Assembly (NCBI GenBank): GCA_012729505.1
Contig: JAAYDA010000046.1
Coordinates: forward strand, 15,384-79,383
Reading direction: 5' to 3'
From: Syntrophomonadaceae bacterium
Lineage (GTDB): Bacteria > Bacillota > Syntrophomonadia > Syntrophomonadales > DTU052
Length of the DNA stretch: 64,000 nt
Below, piece after piece: positions 17,667 to 27,537 of this stretch; positions within the stretch are counted from its first letter, which is position 1; each line of letters opens with the position of its first letter. Both the position numbers and the translations under genes were made by a program. Below the pieces are notes generated by a model. The model had not been told where the DNA came from. It did not search any database and saw nothing but the letters and a program-made list of their open reading frames with translations.

Positions 17667-19043
17667 TTGTCGAAGATAACCGGGGTGGTTCTGGCGGCCG
17701 GAAAGGGTGTGCGTATGCGTTCGGCCCTGGCCAAAGTACTGCACCCCGTTGCCGGAATCCCTATGGTGAGCCACGTGATTCGAGAGGCCCGGGAGGCCGG
17801 CGCAGATCAGCTGGTTCTGGTGGTTGGACATGACCGGGATCAGGTTATGGAAAAGCTAGCGGGACCGGGAATACAGTTTGTAGTTCAGGAGGAGCAGCTG
17901 GGTACAGGTCATGCCCTTCTTCAAGCCGAGCCTGTTGTTAGCAAATCGGATTTGATTATGGTTTTATGTGGAGATACTCCGCTTCTGCAGGCAGATTCCC
18001 TGCGCCGTCTCATTGATTTCCATAAGACACAAAAGTCAGCTGCCACAGTATTGACGGCTCGTATGAGTGATCCTTCCGGCTATGGACGGATAATCCGCGA
18101 TGAGGCCGGGGAATTAATCCGCATTGTTGAAGAAAAGGACGCTTCCCAGGACGAAAAGAAGATTGATGAGATCAACTCAGGGATATATTGTTTTGACTAT
18201 CAGGTGTTTTCCGCTCTCAAACAACTTACTACGAACAATGTCCAGGGTGAGTATTACCTTACCGACACCCTGGTTGAACTGATCAGCAAGGGAAGGCGGG
18301 TTTTAGCCTTGCCGACCGCTAATGAGGAAGACATTTACGGCATAAATGACCGCTCCCAGCTGGCCTTCGCAGAAAAGAAGCTGCGTCAGCGCAAATGCCA
18401 GGAGCTTATGGCTGCGGGAGTCACCATTATTGATCCTGAAACAACTTATGTGCAAAGTCGGGTGACGATTGGACAAGATACTATTATTGAGCCTTTCACC
18501 ATGATCGAAGGGAATTCGGTTATTGGCGAGAGGTGTGCAATAGGTCCCGGGTCCAGGATTGTCAACTCAATAATTGGCGCAGGAACCAAGGTTGACAGCT
18601 CCCGGGTTGTTGAAAGTGAAGTCGGAGACCGGTGTGATATAGGGCCTTATGCTTATTTGCGGCCGGGAACTATTTTAAAGCAGGGGGTCAAAATAGGGGA
18701 TTTCGTAGAAATCAAAAAATCGCTGATTGGTGCCGGAAGCAAGATTCCTCATCTTAGTTATGTTGGTGATGCGACCCTGGGGCAAAATGTAAATGTCGGG
18801 GCCGGAACCATAACCTGCAACTACGATGGAAAAAATAAGTATCCAACCTTAATTGAAGACGGTGCGTTCATCGGGAGCAATACTAATCTGGTGGCGCCGG
18901 TTACGATCGGTGAGAAAGCAGTCACCGGTGCAGGATCAACTATTACCAAAGATGTACCCCCGTTTTCATTAGGAGTGGAAAGAGCTCCACAAAAAGTAAT
19001 TGATAACTGGCAGGAACGAGAGAAAATGGATAATAATGAATGA
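17667..19043 (+). CDS. glmU: Bifunctional UDP-N-acetylglucosamine pyrophosphorylase / GlcN-1-P acetyltransferase
   Basis: 458 aa with LAAGKGVRM at the N-terminus and left-handed beta-helix hexapeptide repeats at the C-terminus. TTG start. Confidence 0.95.
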   Translation: MSKITGVVLAAGKGVRMRSALAKVLHPVAGIPMVSHVIREAREAGADQLVLVVGHDRDQVMEKLAGPGIQFVVQEEQLGTGHALLQAEPVVSKSDLIMVLCGDTPLLQADSLRRLIDFHKTQKSAATVLTARMSDPSGYGRIIRDEAGELIRIVEEKDASQDEKKIDEINSGIYCFDYQVFSALKQLTTNNVQGEYYLTDTLVELISKGRRVLALPTANEEDIYGINDRSQLAFAEKKLRQRKCQELMAAGVTIIDPETTYVQSRVTIGQDTIIEPFTMIEGNSVIGERCAIGPGSRIVNSIIGAGTKVDSSRVVESEVGDRCDIGPYAYLRPGTILKQGVKIGDFVEIKKSLIGAGSKIPHLSYVGDATLGQNVNVGAGTITCNYDGKNKYPTLIEDGAFIGSNTNLVAPVTIGEKAVTGAGSTITKDVPPFSLGVERAPQKVIDNWQEREKMDNNE

Positions 19044-19067
19044 TTATTGGGGAGGAATGGGGCTAGC

Positions 19068-20018
19068 ATGAATGGTTCAAGGTGGAGGCTCAAGGTGTTT
19101 TCCGGAAATGCCAACCCTGAGCTGGCAGCGGAAATTTCGGATTACCTGGGTGTTCACACGGCAGATTCTAATGTAAGGACGTTCTCTGACGGAGAAATTG
19201 GTGTTGCCATCGATGAGAGTGTGCGTGGAGTGGACGTATATATTGTACAGCCCACCTGCCCGCCGGTTAATGATTATCTGATGGAGCTTCTCATTATGAT
19301 TGATGCGGTTCGCCGGGCTTCCGCAGCTCGCATTAACGCGGTAATTCCTTATTACGGCTATGCTCGGCAAGATCGGAAAACTCGGGCTCGTGATCCTATT
19401 ACAGCCAAGATGGTTTCTAATCTGATCACCTCAGCCGGTGCTGACCGGGTGATTACCGTAGACCTTCATGCCGGGCAGATTCAAGGCTTTTTTGATATTC
19501 CGGTTGATCACTTGCCAGGGGTGCCGACCCTGGCCGAATATTTTCGCAACAAAGGCAACATGGATAATGTGGTGGTTCTGTCGCCGGATCTGGGTGGAGT
19601 AACCCGGGCCAGGGATCTTGCCAACCGTCTCCATGCTTCCATCGCCATAATTGACAAATGGCGGCCCGAACCTAATGTGGCCGAGGTGATGAATGTTATT
19701 GGCGACATTGAGGGCAAGGCAGTAATCATTATTGATGATATAATAGATACTGCAGGCACTATCACCCTGGCTTCCCAGGTGATGCTGGACCTGGGCGCCA
19801 AGGATGTATATGCATGTGCTACTCATCCGGTTCTCTCGGGACCGGCATTAGAAAGGCTTACCAAAGCCCCGCTGAAGGAATTGGTTTTTACTAACACTAT
19901 ACCCATACCCAAAGAGAAGAGGCTGGACAATATGACCATCCTCTCCATCGCTCCTTTAATCGGTGAAGCAATCCTCAGAATACATGAAGATTTATCTGTC
20001 AGTAAATTATTTGACTAA
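19068..20018 (+). CDS. prs: Ribose-phosphate pyrophosphokinase
   Basis: Motifs [11 protein letters not shown] and [14 protein letters not shown] 19068 has GGAGG 12 nt upstream (ORF track starts at 19047). Confidence 0.95.
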   Translation: MNGSRWRLKVFSGNANPELAAEISDYLGVHTADSNVRTFSDGEIGVAIDESVRGVDVYIVQPTCPPVNDYLMELLIMIDAVRRASAARINAVIPYYGYARQDRKTRARDPITAKMVSNLITSAGADRVITVDLHAGQIQGFFDIPVDHLPGVPTLAEYFRNKGNMDNVVVLSPDLGGVTRARDLANRLHASIAIIDKWRPEPNVAEVMNVIGDIEGKAVIIIDDIIDTAGTITLASQVMLDLGAKDVYACATHPVLSGPALERLTKAPLKELVFTNTIPIPKEKRLDNMTILSIAPLIGEAILRIHEDLSVSKLFD

Positions 20019-20092
20019 AAATGAGGAACCCGGTTTTATCCATTCGTGGTCAAAAATGAGCGATGATGGCAATCAAATATTAGGAGGTAACT

Positions 20093-20713
20093 ATGGCTAA
20101 GAGTAATGTATTAGAGTGTCAGAAACGGGAGGTATCCTCAAAAGGTAATCTCAATAAGCTGCGCCGGCAGGGCTTAATTCCCGGAGTTGTTTATGGCAGA
20201 GACATATCTCCTGTGGCGGTGTCTGTGAATTATAATGATATCTTCAAGATTTTCAGAGACCGAGGAACAGGCGGATTGTACAGGCTAAATCTCCAGGGTG
20301 GAGACTCGGTGATGGCTTTGGTTCGTGATGTACAGAAAACCCCTGTTACCAAGGAAATAATCCATATTGACTTTATGAAGGTCGTGATGGGAGAAGTTCT
20401 TACTTCCTTGGTTCCGGTTATAGTAACAGGTGAAGAGGACCTGATAAAACAGAAGGCTATTATCCAGATCGGCCTTAAAGAAGTGGATATTGAATGTCTG
20501 CCGGGAGATTTGCCGGACAGCCTGACCCTTGATATATCTGACCGTGAAATAGGTGACAAGGTTACGGTAGGCGAACTGGAATTGCCGGAAGGGGTACGCG
20601 TGCTGACAGATCCTGAGACGATGGTCCTGGTCATATCGTATGCTGACAAAACAGTTGAAGAAGAAACTCCGGAAGATGGAGAAGTTGTGGAGAAGACTGA
20701 AACCGAAGGATAA
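20093..20713 (+). CDS. ctc: 50S ribosomal protein L25 / general stress protein Ctc
   Basis: 206 aa with the L25/Ctc family pattern and an acidic C-terminal tail. SD is AGGAGG. Confidence 0.9.
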   Translation: MAKSNVLECQKREVSSKGNLNKLRRQGLIPGVVYGRDISPVAVSVNYNDIFKIFRDRGTGGLYRLNLQGGDSVMALVRDVQKTPVTKEIIHIDFMKVVMGEVLTSLVPVIVTGEEDLIKQKAIIQIGLKEVDIECLPGDLPDSLTLDISDREIGDKVTVGELELPEGVRVLTDPETMVLVISYADKTVEEETPEDGEVVEKTETEG

Positions 20714-20734
20714 ACCCGATAGGATGGTAAATAG

Positions 20735-21289
20735 GTGAAACTGATTGTTGGTCTGGGTAATCCGGGGCAGGAATATAAAAATACCCGGCATAATGCCGGA
20801 TTTATGGTGGTTGAGGAGTTAGCCCGGCAGTTGCGGGTAACCGGCCAGAAACAAATTCATAACGGAGTGGTTGCCGAGGCCCGCTTCCACGGAGAAAAGC
20901 TCCTCATAGCGAAGCCCTTTACTTTTATGAACCTTTCCGGCCAAGCCGTCAGCCGAATGATGAAAGCCAACCGCATTACTTTGCCGGAATTGATTGTAGT
21001 GATGGATGATATGGATTTGGATCCGGGTATCATCCGCCTTCGGACCGGGGGCGGAAGCGGCGGACACAAAGGTTTACAATCCATTATGGATTACCTGGGA
21101 ACCCGGGATATTGCGCGTTTGCGTGTCGGCATCGGCCATCCTCCTCATAAAGATGTGGTTGATTGGGTATTGACCCGGTTTGACCAGGAGGAGGAGGAAG
21201 CCTTGCAGACCGCTGTCGAACAGGCGGTTGAGGCCTTAAAGATCTGGCTCATATTCGGCATAGAAAAAGCCATGAACAGATTCAATTGA
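20735..21289 (+). CDS. pth: Peptidyl-tRNA hydrolase
   Basis: 184 aa with LIVGLGNPGQEYKNTRHNAGF. GTG start. Confidence 0.95.
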   Translation: MKLIVGLGNPGQEYKNTRHNAGFMVVEELARQLRVTGQKQIHNGVVAEARFHGEKLLIAKPFTFMNLSGQAVSRMMKANRITLPELIVVMDDMDLDPGIIRLRTGGGSGGHKGLQSIMDYLGTRDIARLRVGIGHPPHKDVVDWVLTRFDQEEEEALQTAVEQAVEALKIWLIFGIEKAMNRFN

Positions 21290-21504
21290 CAGATGACTTA
21301 TGATCGGGGACCATCTTACGGTTGCATTTCGGTTATCCTTCCCCAGTTCACGTATTTTTCCATTGGTCCTGGGAGGGGACGGTCCCTTTATTGCTTTATT
21401 ATCAGATCGAAGCATGGTTCGTCATTTTTTAAGCAATAAAACAATACACTTGAGTATAACTCGCGGGTTTTTCCGACACACTAGCAACAAGGAGGGAAAA
21501 CCCG

Positions 21505-21669
21505 ATGAAAGTATATTACATTTGCGAAAGCTGTCAGGACGTATTTTATGAAGGCAAACTCGGCGAAGAAGAAGGCATCTTATCAGTTGATGCCCTCTGC
21601 CCTGATTGTGTGGAGGAATTGGGACATTCGGGGAAAGAAATGAGTTTTACCAATCATTTTTACTCCTAA
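21505..21669 (+). CDS. fin: Anti-sigma-F factor Fin (YabK) family small zinc-ribbon protein
   Basis: Not in the ORF track (54 aa). My translation is MKVYYICESCQDVFYEGKLGEEEGILSVDALCPDCVEELGHSGKEMSFTNHFYS. SD AAGGAGGG lies 5-6 nt upstream. CxxC...CxxC motifs and the pth-fin-mfd position match Bacillus. Confidence 0.75.
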   Translation: MKVYYICESCQDVFYEGKLGEEEGILSVDALCPDCVEELGHSGKEMSFTNHFYS

Positions 21670-21759
21670 CGGCTAAAGTTAGCTTTACCGGCAAAATATT
21701 TCATTTTTCACAGGTGGGGGTCCCGAGGACGCCCACCCCTTGTCGTTGGGGAGGTAGGT

Positions 21760-24700
21760 ATGTCTTTGGCGATTACGCAGGTTGCGGAAGTCCTCCAGTC
21801 AGGACAAAGCAGTCTTTTAAGCGGTCTGGAAGGTACAGCCAAATCATATTTTGTGGCACAGCTGGCCCGGACCATGGGGAGCAGACTAGTCTATATCTGC
21901 AGCGAAATTGAACAAGCTTATGATATGGCCCGAAATTTACGAGGGATATTGGGTAAAGAGCGGGTTCACCTCCTGACTCCCCGCAATTACCTGATCCAAG
22001 CCCAGGGGGAACAGAATCAAGACAATATAGCCCGGATGTCTTTTTTCAGCGAGATATTGGATCATCCCCGTCAGAACGGGGTCTTGATTATGACCGTCCC
22101 ATCCCTTCTTTTTGCAACAGTATCTCCAGTTGCTTTGCGAAAAGCTGTTATTTCCATAGAGGCAGGCACCCAGTTAGATATGGAGTCCTTTCCTAAACAA
22201 CTGATAAACTCGGGATATGTGCGTCGGCCCATGGTTGAAAACCCCGGCCAATTTTCGGTTCGGGGCGGTATTTTAGACATATTTCCTCTCCGGGCCCGAG
22301 AGCCGGTGCGCCTTGAATTGTATGGTGATGAGGTAGAGTCGTTACGGCGGTTCTCACCTCAGACTCAGCATTCCGCCGGCGATTTGAAATCAGTTGAAAT
22401 ATGGCCGGTGGAGGAAACCGGCGATGAGGATAGCCGGGTGTGGGATTATTTGCCTGAAAAATGGCCTGTATGGGCGGATGACTTCATCAAATTACAGGAG
22501 TCATGGGGATCCCATTTGCGTCGTTATCGGAATTTTGAGCGTCAGGCCCGCAAAGAAAAAAAATTAATCAGATTACAGACAGTTGAATGGGATGAACTGG
22601 TAAAAACCCTGGATCTCCGGCCAACGGTTTACCATTCCTTTTTTGCGCGCAGTCCGGGGAATATTCCGGTTCAGCACCTGGGACATATTGCTCAGCGCGA
22701 AGTGGAACCTCTGTGGACTAAACCGGACGGGCTGTTAAAGAATGTTCAGGACTGGCAGAGCCGTGGGTGGAGGATCCTGCTGGCTGTGCCTGATAAATCC
22801 ATCCAGGATCGAATCAAACGGGATCTGGAAGAGAATTTGATTACCACCGGCTATGAGTTTGTCAGATGGAACTTGGAACGGGGATTTGTAAGCTCCACTC
22901 TGGAATTGGCACTGGTCAGTGAAAAGGATTTGGGACGGAGGCGAAAAAACCGGGGCAAGGCAGCTGCCCCCCGGGGAGGAGCAATCATTACTCCTTCCGA
23001 ACTGAGCATCGGCGACCATGTGGTTCATGAGCAGCATGGCATCGGGTTGTTTCAGGGGGTTTCCCGCCAGGAGATTGACGGAGTTTACCGGGAATATCTG
23101 AGTATTCAGTATGCAGGCACAGATCGCCTCTATCTTCCCATTGACAAGCTTAACATGCTGCACCGGTATACTGGCGGCGGCCCGGCCAAGCTGAACAAAT
23201 TAGGAGGAATGGAGTGGGAGAGAACCAAAAGTAAGGTTCGCGAGTCCGTTCAGGAGATGACTGAGGAGCTTCTGGCATTGTATGCTGAAAGAGACAAAAT
23301 CCAGGGATTTGCCTTTTCACCTGAATCCGTTTGGCAGCGAGAATTCGCAGAAGGATTTGAATATGAGGAAACACCTGACCAGGCCAAGGCAGTAAGAGAG
23401 GTTTTGGCCGATATGGAAAAGCCGCGCCCCATGGATCGTTTGGTATGCGGGGATGTAGGCTATGGCAAAACCGAAGTTGCCATGCGAGCAGCTTTTAAAG
23501 CCATAATGGACCACAAGCAGGTGGCTGTCCTGGTTCCTACCACCATCCTGGCCGAGCAGCATCTTACCTCCTTTCAAAAACGTTTTGAAGCTTTTCCGGC
23601 GGTGATAGAAGTATTAAGCCGGTTTAAAACCGCCTCCCAGCAAAAGAAAATTTTGGAGGACCTGCGGAAGGGAATAATCGATATCGTTATTGGCACCCAT
23701 CGTTTATTGTCCCGGGATGTGGAGTTTAAAGATCTGGGGCTATTAGTGGTGGATGAAGAACACCGTTTTGGAGTCAGGCAGAAGGAGCGGATCAAAGCTC
23801 TGACAAAAACCGTTGATGTTCTCAGTCTTACAGCCACTCCTATTCCCCGTACCCTGCATATGGCCATGACCGGGTTGCGAGATCTTTCGGTGATAGAAAC
23901 GCCTCCTCCGGCCAGATACCCTGTAAATACTTATGTGATGGAGTATAGCCCCGATATTGTTCAGGAGGCGATTCAAACAGAGGTCGAAAGAGGAGGACAG
24001 ATATTCTTCGTTCACAACCGCATCCATAGTCTGGACCGGATTTACCGTGAGGTGGCCGACTTAGTTGGTGATTTAACCATAGATATTGCCCATGGCCGGA
24101 TGGATGAAAAGGAGCTGGCCCGGGTCATGAAGAGATTTTTGGAGGGCGAATCCGACATCCTCCTTTCTACCAGTATCATTGAATCCGGTTTGGATCTTCC
24201 CAACGTAAATACTTTGATAGTAGATGAAGCCGATCGTATGGGATTGGCTCAGCTTTATCAGCTTCGGGGCCGGATCGGACGATCCAATCGGGTCGCCTAT
24301 GCCTATATAACCTATCGGCCGGAACGGTATTTGAGTGAGCTGGCGCAAAAAAGATTGAGCGCCATTAGGGAACTGGTTGAACTGGGATCAGGTATGCGGA
24401 TTGCCATGAGAGATTTGGAGATCAGAGGCGCCGGCAACATACTGGGAGCGGAACAGCACGGCCATATTGAAGCGGTTGGATTTGAACTATATTGTCGGCT
24501 TCTGGAAGAGGTTACCTCCCGTACCCGAGGCCACACTCCCCCCCGTACTGAGCTGCCGGTCATGGACATTAAAATCGACAGCTATATCCCGGATAGTTAC
24601 ATAGATGATCCCAGCTTGAAGATTCAGATATACCGTCAGATGATGATGGCGGTGAAAATGGAGGAGATCGCGGAAATTGAGCGAGGAATACGAGATCGGT

Positions 24701-24972
24701 TCGGAGTCCCGCCTGCTCCGGTAGAAAATTTACTGCGCATTTCTCGCCTTCGCTTGCTGGCTCATCAAAAGAATATCCGGCATATAAATACCGACCCCAG
24801 ATCGATAGAAATGACTTTGGAAAAGCCCTTGGGAGAAAGCGCCGCCGGATTGGCCGGTCTCCAGGAAAAGTATGGCTTCAAGATCAGTGTTGCCAATCAA
24901 AACACCCTGGTCCTAAAATCATTTCAAGACCTTTCTCTGGATGCCCTGGAGGACTTGTTGGCCATAATCTGA
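21760..24972 (+). CDS. mfd: Transcription-repair coupling factor
   Basis: 1070 aa with a CarD-like region (VVHEQHGIG), SF2 helicase motifs (GDVGYGKTEVA, DEEHRFG) and a TRCF C-terminus. Confidence 0.95.
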   Translation: MSLAITQVAEVLQSGQSSLLSGLEGTAKSYFVAQLARTMGSRLVYICSEIEQAYDMARNLRGILGKERVHLLTPRNYLIQAQGEQNQDNIARMSFFSEILDHPRQNGVLIMTVPSLLFATVSPVALRKAVISIEAGTQLDMESFPKQLINSGYVRRPMVENPGQFSVRGGILDIFPLRAREPVRLELYGDEVESLRRFSPQTQHSAGDLKSVEIWPVEETGDEDSRVWDYLPEKWPVWADDFIKLQESWGSHLRRYRNFERQARKEKKLIRLQTVEWDELVKTLDLRPTVYHSFFARSPGNIPVQHLGHIAQREVEPLWTKPDGLLKNVQDWQSRGWRILLAVPDKSIQDRIKRDLEENLITTGYEFVRWNLERGFVSSTLELALVSEKDLGRRRKNRGKAAAPRGGAIITPSELSIGDHVVHEQHGIGLFQGVSRQEIDGVYREYLSIQYAGTDRLYLPIDKLNMLHRYTGGGPAKLNKLGGMEWERTKSKVRESVQEMTEELLALYAERDKIQGFAFSPESVWQREFAEGFEYEETPDQAKAVREVLADMEKPRPMDRLVCGDVGYGKTEVAMRAAFKAIMDHKQVAVLVPTTILAEQHLTSFQKRFEAFPAVIEVLSRFKTASQQKKILEDLRKGIIDIVIGTHRLLSRDVEFKDLGLLVVDEEHRFGVRQKERIKALTKTVDVLSLTATPIPRTLHMAMTGLRDLSVIETPPPARYPVNTYVMEYSPDIVQEAIQTEVERGGQIFFVHNRIHSLDRIYREVADLVGDLTIDIAHGRMDEKELARVMKRFLEGESDILLSTSIIESGLDLPNVNTLIVDEADRMGLAQLYQLRGRIGRSNRVAYAYITYRPERYLSELAQKRLSAIRELVELGSGMRIAMRDLEIRGAGNILGAEQHGHIEAVGFELYCRLLEEVTSRTRGHTPPRTELPVMDIKIDSYIPDSYIDDPSLKIQIYRQMMMAVKMEEIAEIERGIRDRFGVPPAPVENLLRISRLRLLAHQKNIRHINTDPRSIEMTLEKPLGESAAGLAGLQEKYGFKISVANQNTLVLKSFQDLSLDALEDLLAII

Positions 24973-24984
24973 CAAGACCATTGG

Positions 24985-25212
24985 CTAGAATACAAATCTA
25001 AGCAGTTCCAATACTATATGCGAAATAGATGCAATGCCTAAAGTCGGGCTGGGCAGGTTTACCTTGAGAGCCAGCAGGATGCTGAGGGTAAAGCCTAAAA
25101 GCCATATACATCCGACGGTAATCAGCAGAGGCCATTCTTTGTCCCGAATTAAAGCAGGAGCTTCGTATATGGCCAGGAGCAGGAAACCAATGGTTATTAA
25201 GAATATATTCAC
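24985..25212 (-). CDS. Small 2-TM membrane protein, putative germinant-receptor D-type subunit
   Basis: 75 aa with two hydrophobic helices. Its start overlaps the GerXC stop by 4 nt, which implies translational coupling. Confidence 0.55.
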   Translation of the reverse strand: MNIFLITIGFLLLAIYEAPALIRDKEWPLLITVGCIWLLGFTLSILLALKVNLPSPTLGIASISHIVLELLRFVF

Positions 25213-26426
25213 TGGGCCTGCCTCACTCCCTCAACTGTCAATCCCGGCTCCTTGAGATTGGCTATGATGTCCAACTGTACTTCCAAGGTGGGGAATATAT
25301 TATCCCAATTATCCTTGATCAGCTGCCATTCGTGCGGATACTTGGAATAAAAGGCCCTTCCAAAACCGAAAATGTCTGATTGAAACTGTTGTTGACCGGC
25401 GGTCAAGGCCATCTGTATTTCATTGCGGATCACAGCAGCCATGCGGCGTTCCATGCTGGCCCAGATCTCTGGATGATGTAAAAAGCTGGCATCCCCGTCG
25501 ATTTCAAGTGGATCACCCTCAGCTTCTACTACTACCCGGATGACCGGTCGGTCATCCACTATTTCCGGTACGATCTTGCTGGAGCTTGCTCCTATTCTTA
25601 TACTGATCAGATTATTATCATCACGGGGATCGCGGATTACCAGGATTCCCCTCTGGGCTTTGCCCAGGACCCACAAAACCCCGCGGCTTTCTCGATCCGC
25701 CAGCCATCCTACCAGCTTATCCTCCTTAAACGCTGCCATGCCGTTAATCCTGACACTGTCCATTACTACTTCCTCCCGGAGCTGGCCCGGCGCCGCCGTC
25801 TCTTCATCAGAGCGGTTTACTACTTCCACCGAAGGAATGACCGGCTCCATTCCTTCAGTTTCAATTTTACGAGACAGCTCCAATACTGACTGGGGAAAGG
25901 AGGTTGAATTTCTGCGCTGTATGCTCCAGAGCAAGCCGAAGAAGCCTTTGACCGGCTGACGTTCCAATTCAAACATAGTCGCCATAACTTCATCAATAGA
26001 GGCGTTTCTGACACTCATGACATCCATACTGCTTCGGACCTCATGATTACGCTGGAGCAGGTCCAATACTTCTGAGACACCTGACTTGGCCATGTTTTCT
26101 CCCAGTAAAGTCAGGCGGTTGTGGCCCCAGAAAATTATGCGGGGCGACTGAGTGGACAGGTTGCGTATTGCCTGATAACAGGTTTGGCCGGTGCTGCTCA
26201 CTGTCCAATAAGGTTTTTCGTCAATAGGTGGTCCGGCACTGGAAGTAATGGCAAAAGGTTTGGCTATCTGAACACTTACTTGAATCAGACCATCGTCGGT
26301 TCGATCAAAAGCAGAGATCTGGACAAAGCCAAGCTCTTCAATATCGAAACCAGCGGTCCGACAACCACAACAAAGCAGGCATGGCAGCAGCAAGCATACT
26401 AAAATAACATTAGCCCTGAGCCCCAT
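25209..26426 (-). CDS. Spore germination protein, Ger(x)C-family lipoprotein
   Basis: Lipobox LLCCGC after a signal peptide, then the GerAC family fold. Start set to ATG 26426 (GGGAGAG SD) rather than 26468. Confidence 0.85.
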   Translation of the reverse strand: MGLRANVILVCLLLPCLLCCGCRTAGFDIEELGFVQISAFDRTDDGLIQVSVQIAKPFAITSSAGPPIDEKPYWTVSSTGQTCYQAIRNLSTQSPRIIFWGHNRLTLLGENMAKSGVSEVLDLLQRNHEVRSSMDVMSVRNASIDEVMATMFELERQPVKGFFGLLWSIQRRNSTSFPQSVLELSRKIETEGMEPVIPSVEVVNRSDEETAAPGQLREEVVMDSVRINGMAAFKEDKLVGWLADRESRGVLWVLGKAQRGILVIRDPRDDNNLISIRIGASSSKIVPEIVDDRPVIRVVVEAEGDPLEIDGDASFLHHPEIWASMERRMAAVIRNEIQMALTAGQQQFQSDIFGFGRAFYSKYPHEWQLIKDNWDNIFPTLEVQLDIIANLKEPGLTVEGVRQAQ

Positions 26427-27537
26427 TGGAATCTCTCCCTTCGATATATTTTCTGGTTTCAAAAGCAATCAACAAGGTTAGCAGAATAAACAGCACAAAG
26501 CTGATTGTGAATACAATCATGGAGCCGGTCAGGACATTAATCACATCCATCAGGCCGTCATAGGACAGCATACTTATCGGCACCAGCAATGCCCCCAGGA
26601 CATAAATCAGCGGATCGTATCTTTTCAGGTTAAGAATCTCAGCCAGGCCTACAGCGGCGGCCCAAAGAAAGAGAGCGGCTTTGATTCCGGCACTCACATT
26701 CCATAATACTGCTATCATGACTTCAAATCGTTCAAAGAAATCGCCCAGAGTTATATTCTGGGCTAACACAAAGGTAGGAAATGTTAAGGTATTCATAAGG
26801 GGGCCAAAAAAAGCTGTTACAATCAGAGACTGAAGAGTGAGAAGAAAAGCAACCATTAATATAGAGCCTATTGATATGGGCATACTCTTGGACGGCACAT
26901 TAACAAAAGGGATAATCATGCCCAGGACCAGAAAATGAGCGTAGGATGACAGAGAACTGCAGGTAGGCAAAATTAGCTCCCGAGGGCCTTCGGGCAGAAA
27001 AAAGGGAGAAAGGTAGCTGAAATCAGAGATGCTGCAGATGCAGGCCAGAGCTCCAATCAGAAGCAGAAGAATAATCATCATAGGCATTAAAAATCCTGCC
27101 ACCCGCCCATTAGCCTCCAATCCGCTGCGAGACAGCCATGCCACCAGGATCAGAGTGGTAATTATGAATACCAGGATGGGGATTTCCGGCAATATGGTTG
27201 TTATCAGGGTCTCACCCAGAATGCGCATATCGGTAGCAGCCACTAAAAAAAAGGACAAGACCAAAAATACACCTAAGATTTTTCCGGTAACAGAGCCCAG
27301 GAGTATTTGGGCGTAACCAATAATGGTTTTATCCGGGAATTTCTGGCCCAGATAGACTATCACCCCCACCAGGGCAATAGCCAGTATACCGGCGATAATT
27401 TCGTTTACCCAGCTAAGGGCCGGAGTCTTTATCAGATTAAAGGTGGGGTTAAGCAGGGATGCCGAAACCAAGCGGCTAATAAGCAGCAGGGAAAAGAGCT
27501 GATAGCCGGAGATTTTTTCTTTGTTTACAAAATTCAA
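26410..27537 (-). CDS. Spore germination protein, GerAB-type (APC-superfamily permease-like) subunit
   Basis: 375 aa with about 10 TM helices and the typical B-subunit N-terminus (KISGYQLFSLLLISR). Confidence 0.9.
   Translation of the reverse strand: MNFVNKEKISGYQLFSLLLISRLVSASLLNPTFNLIKTPALSWVNEIIAGILAIALVGVIVYLGQKFPDKTIIGYAQILLGSVTGKILGVFLVLSFFLVAATDMRILGETLITTILPEIPILVFIITTLILVAWLSRSGLEANGRVAGFLMPMMIILLLLIGALACICSISDFSYLSPFFLPEGPRELILPTCSSLSSYAHFLVLGMIIPFVNVPSKSMPISIGSILMVAFLLTLQSLIVTAFFGPLMNTLTFPTFVLAQNITLGDFFERFEVMIAVLWNVSAGIKAALFLWAAAVGLAEILNLKRYDPLIYVLGALLVPISMLSYDGLMDVINVLTGSMIVFTISFVLFILLTLLIAFETRKYIEGRDSNGAQG

Noticed and set aside
21300-21911. 83-aa and 101-aa ORFs between pth and mfd
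   Set aside because: They overlap the better-supported fin ORF and the mfd start. They have no SD and implausible composition.
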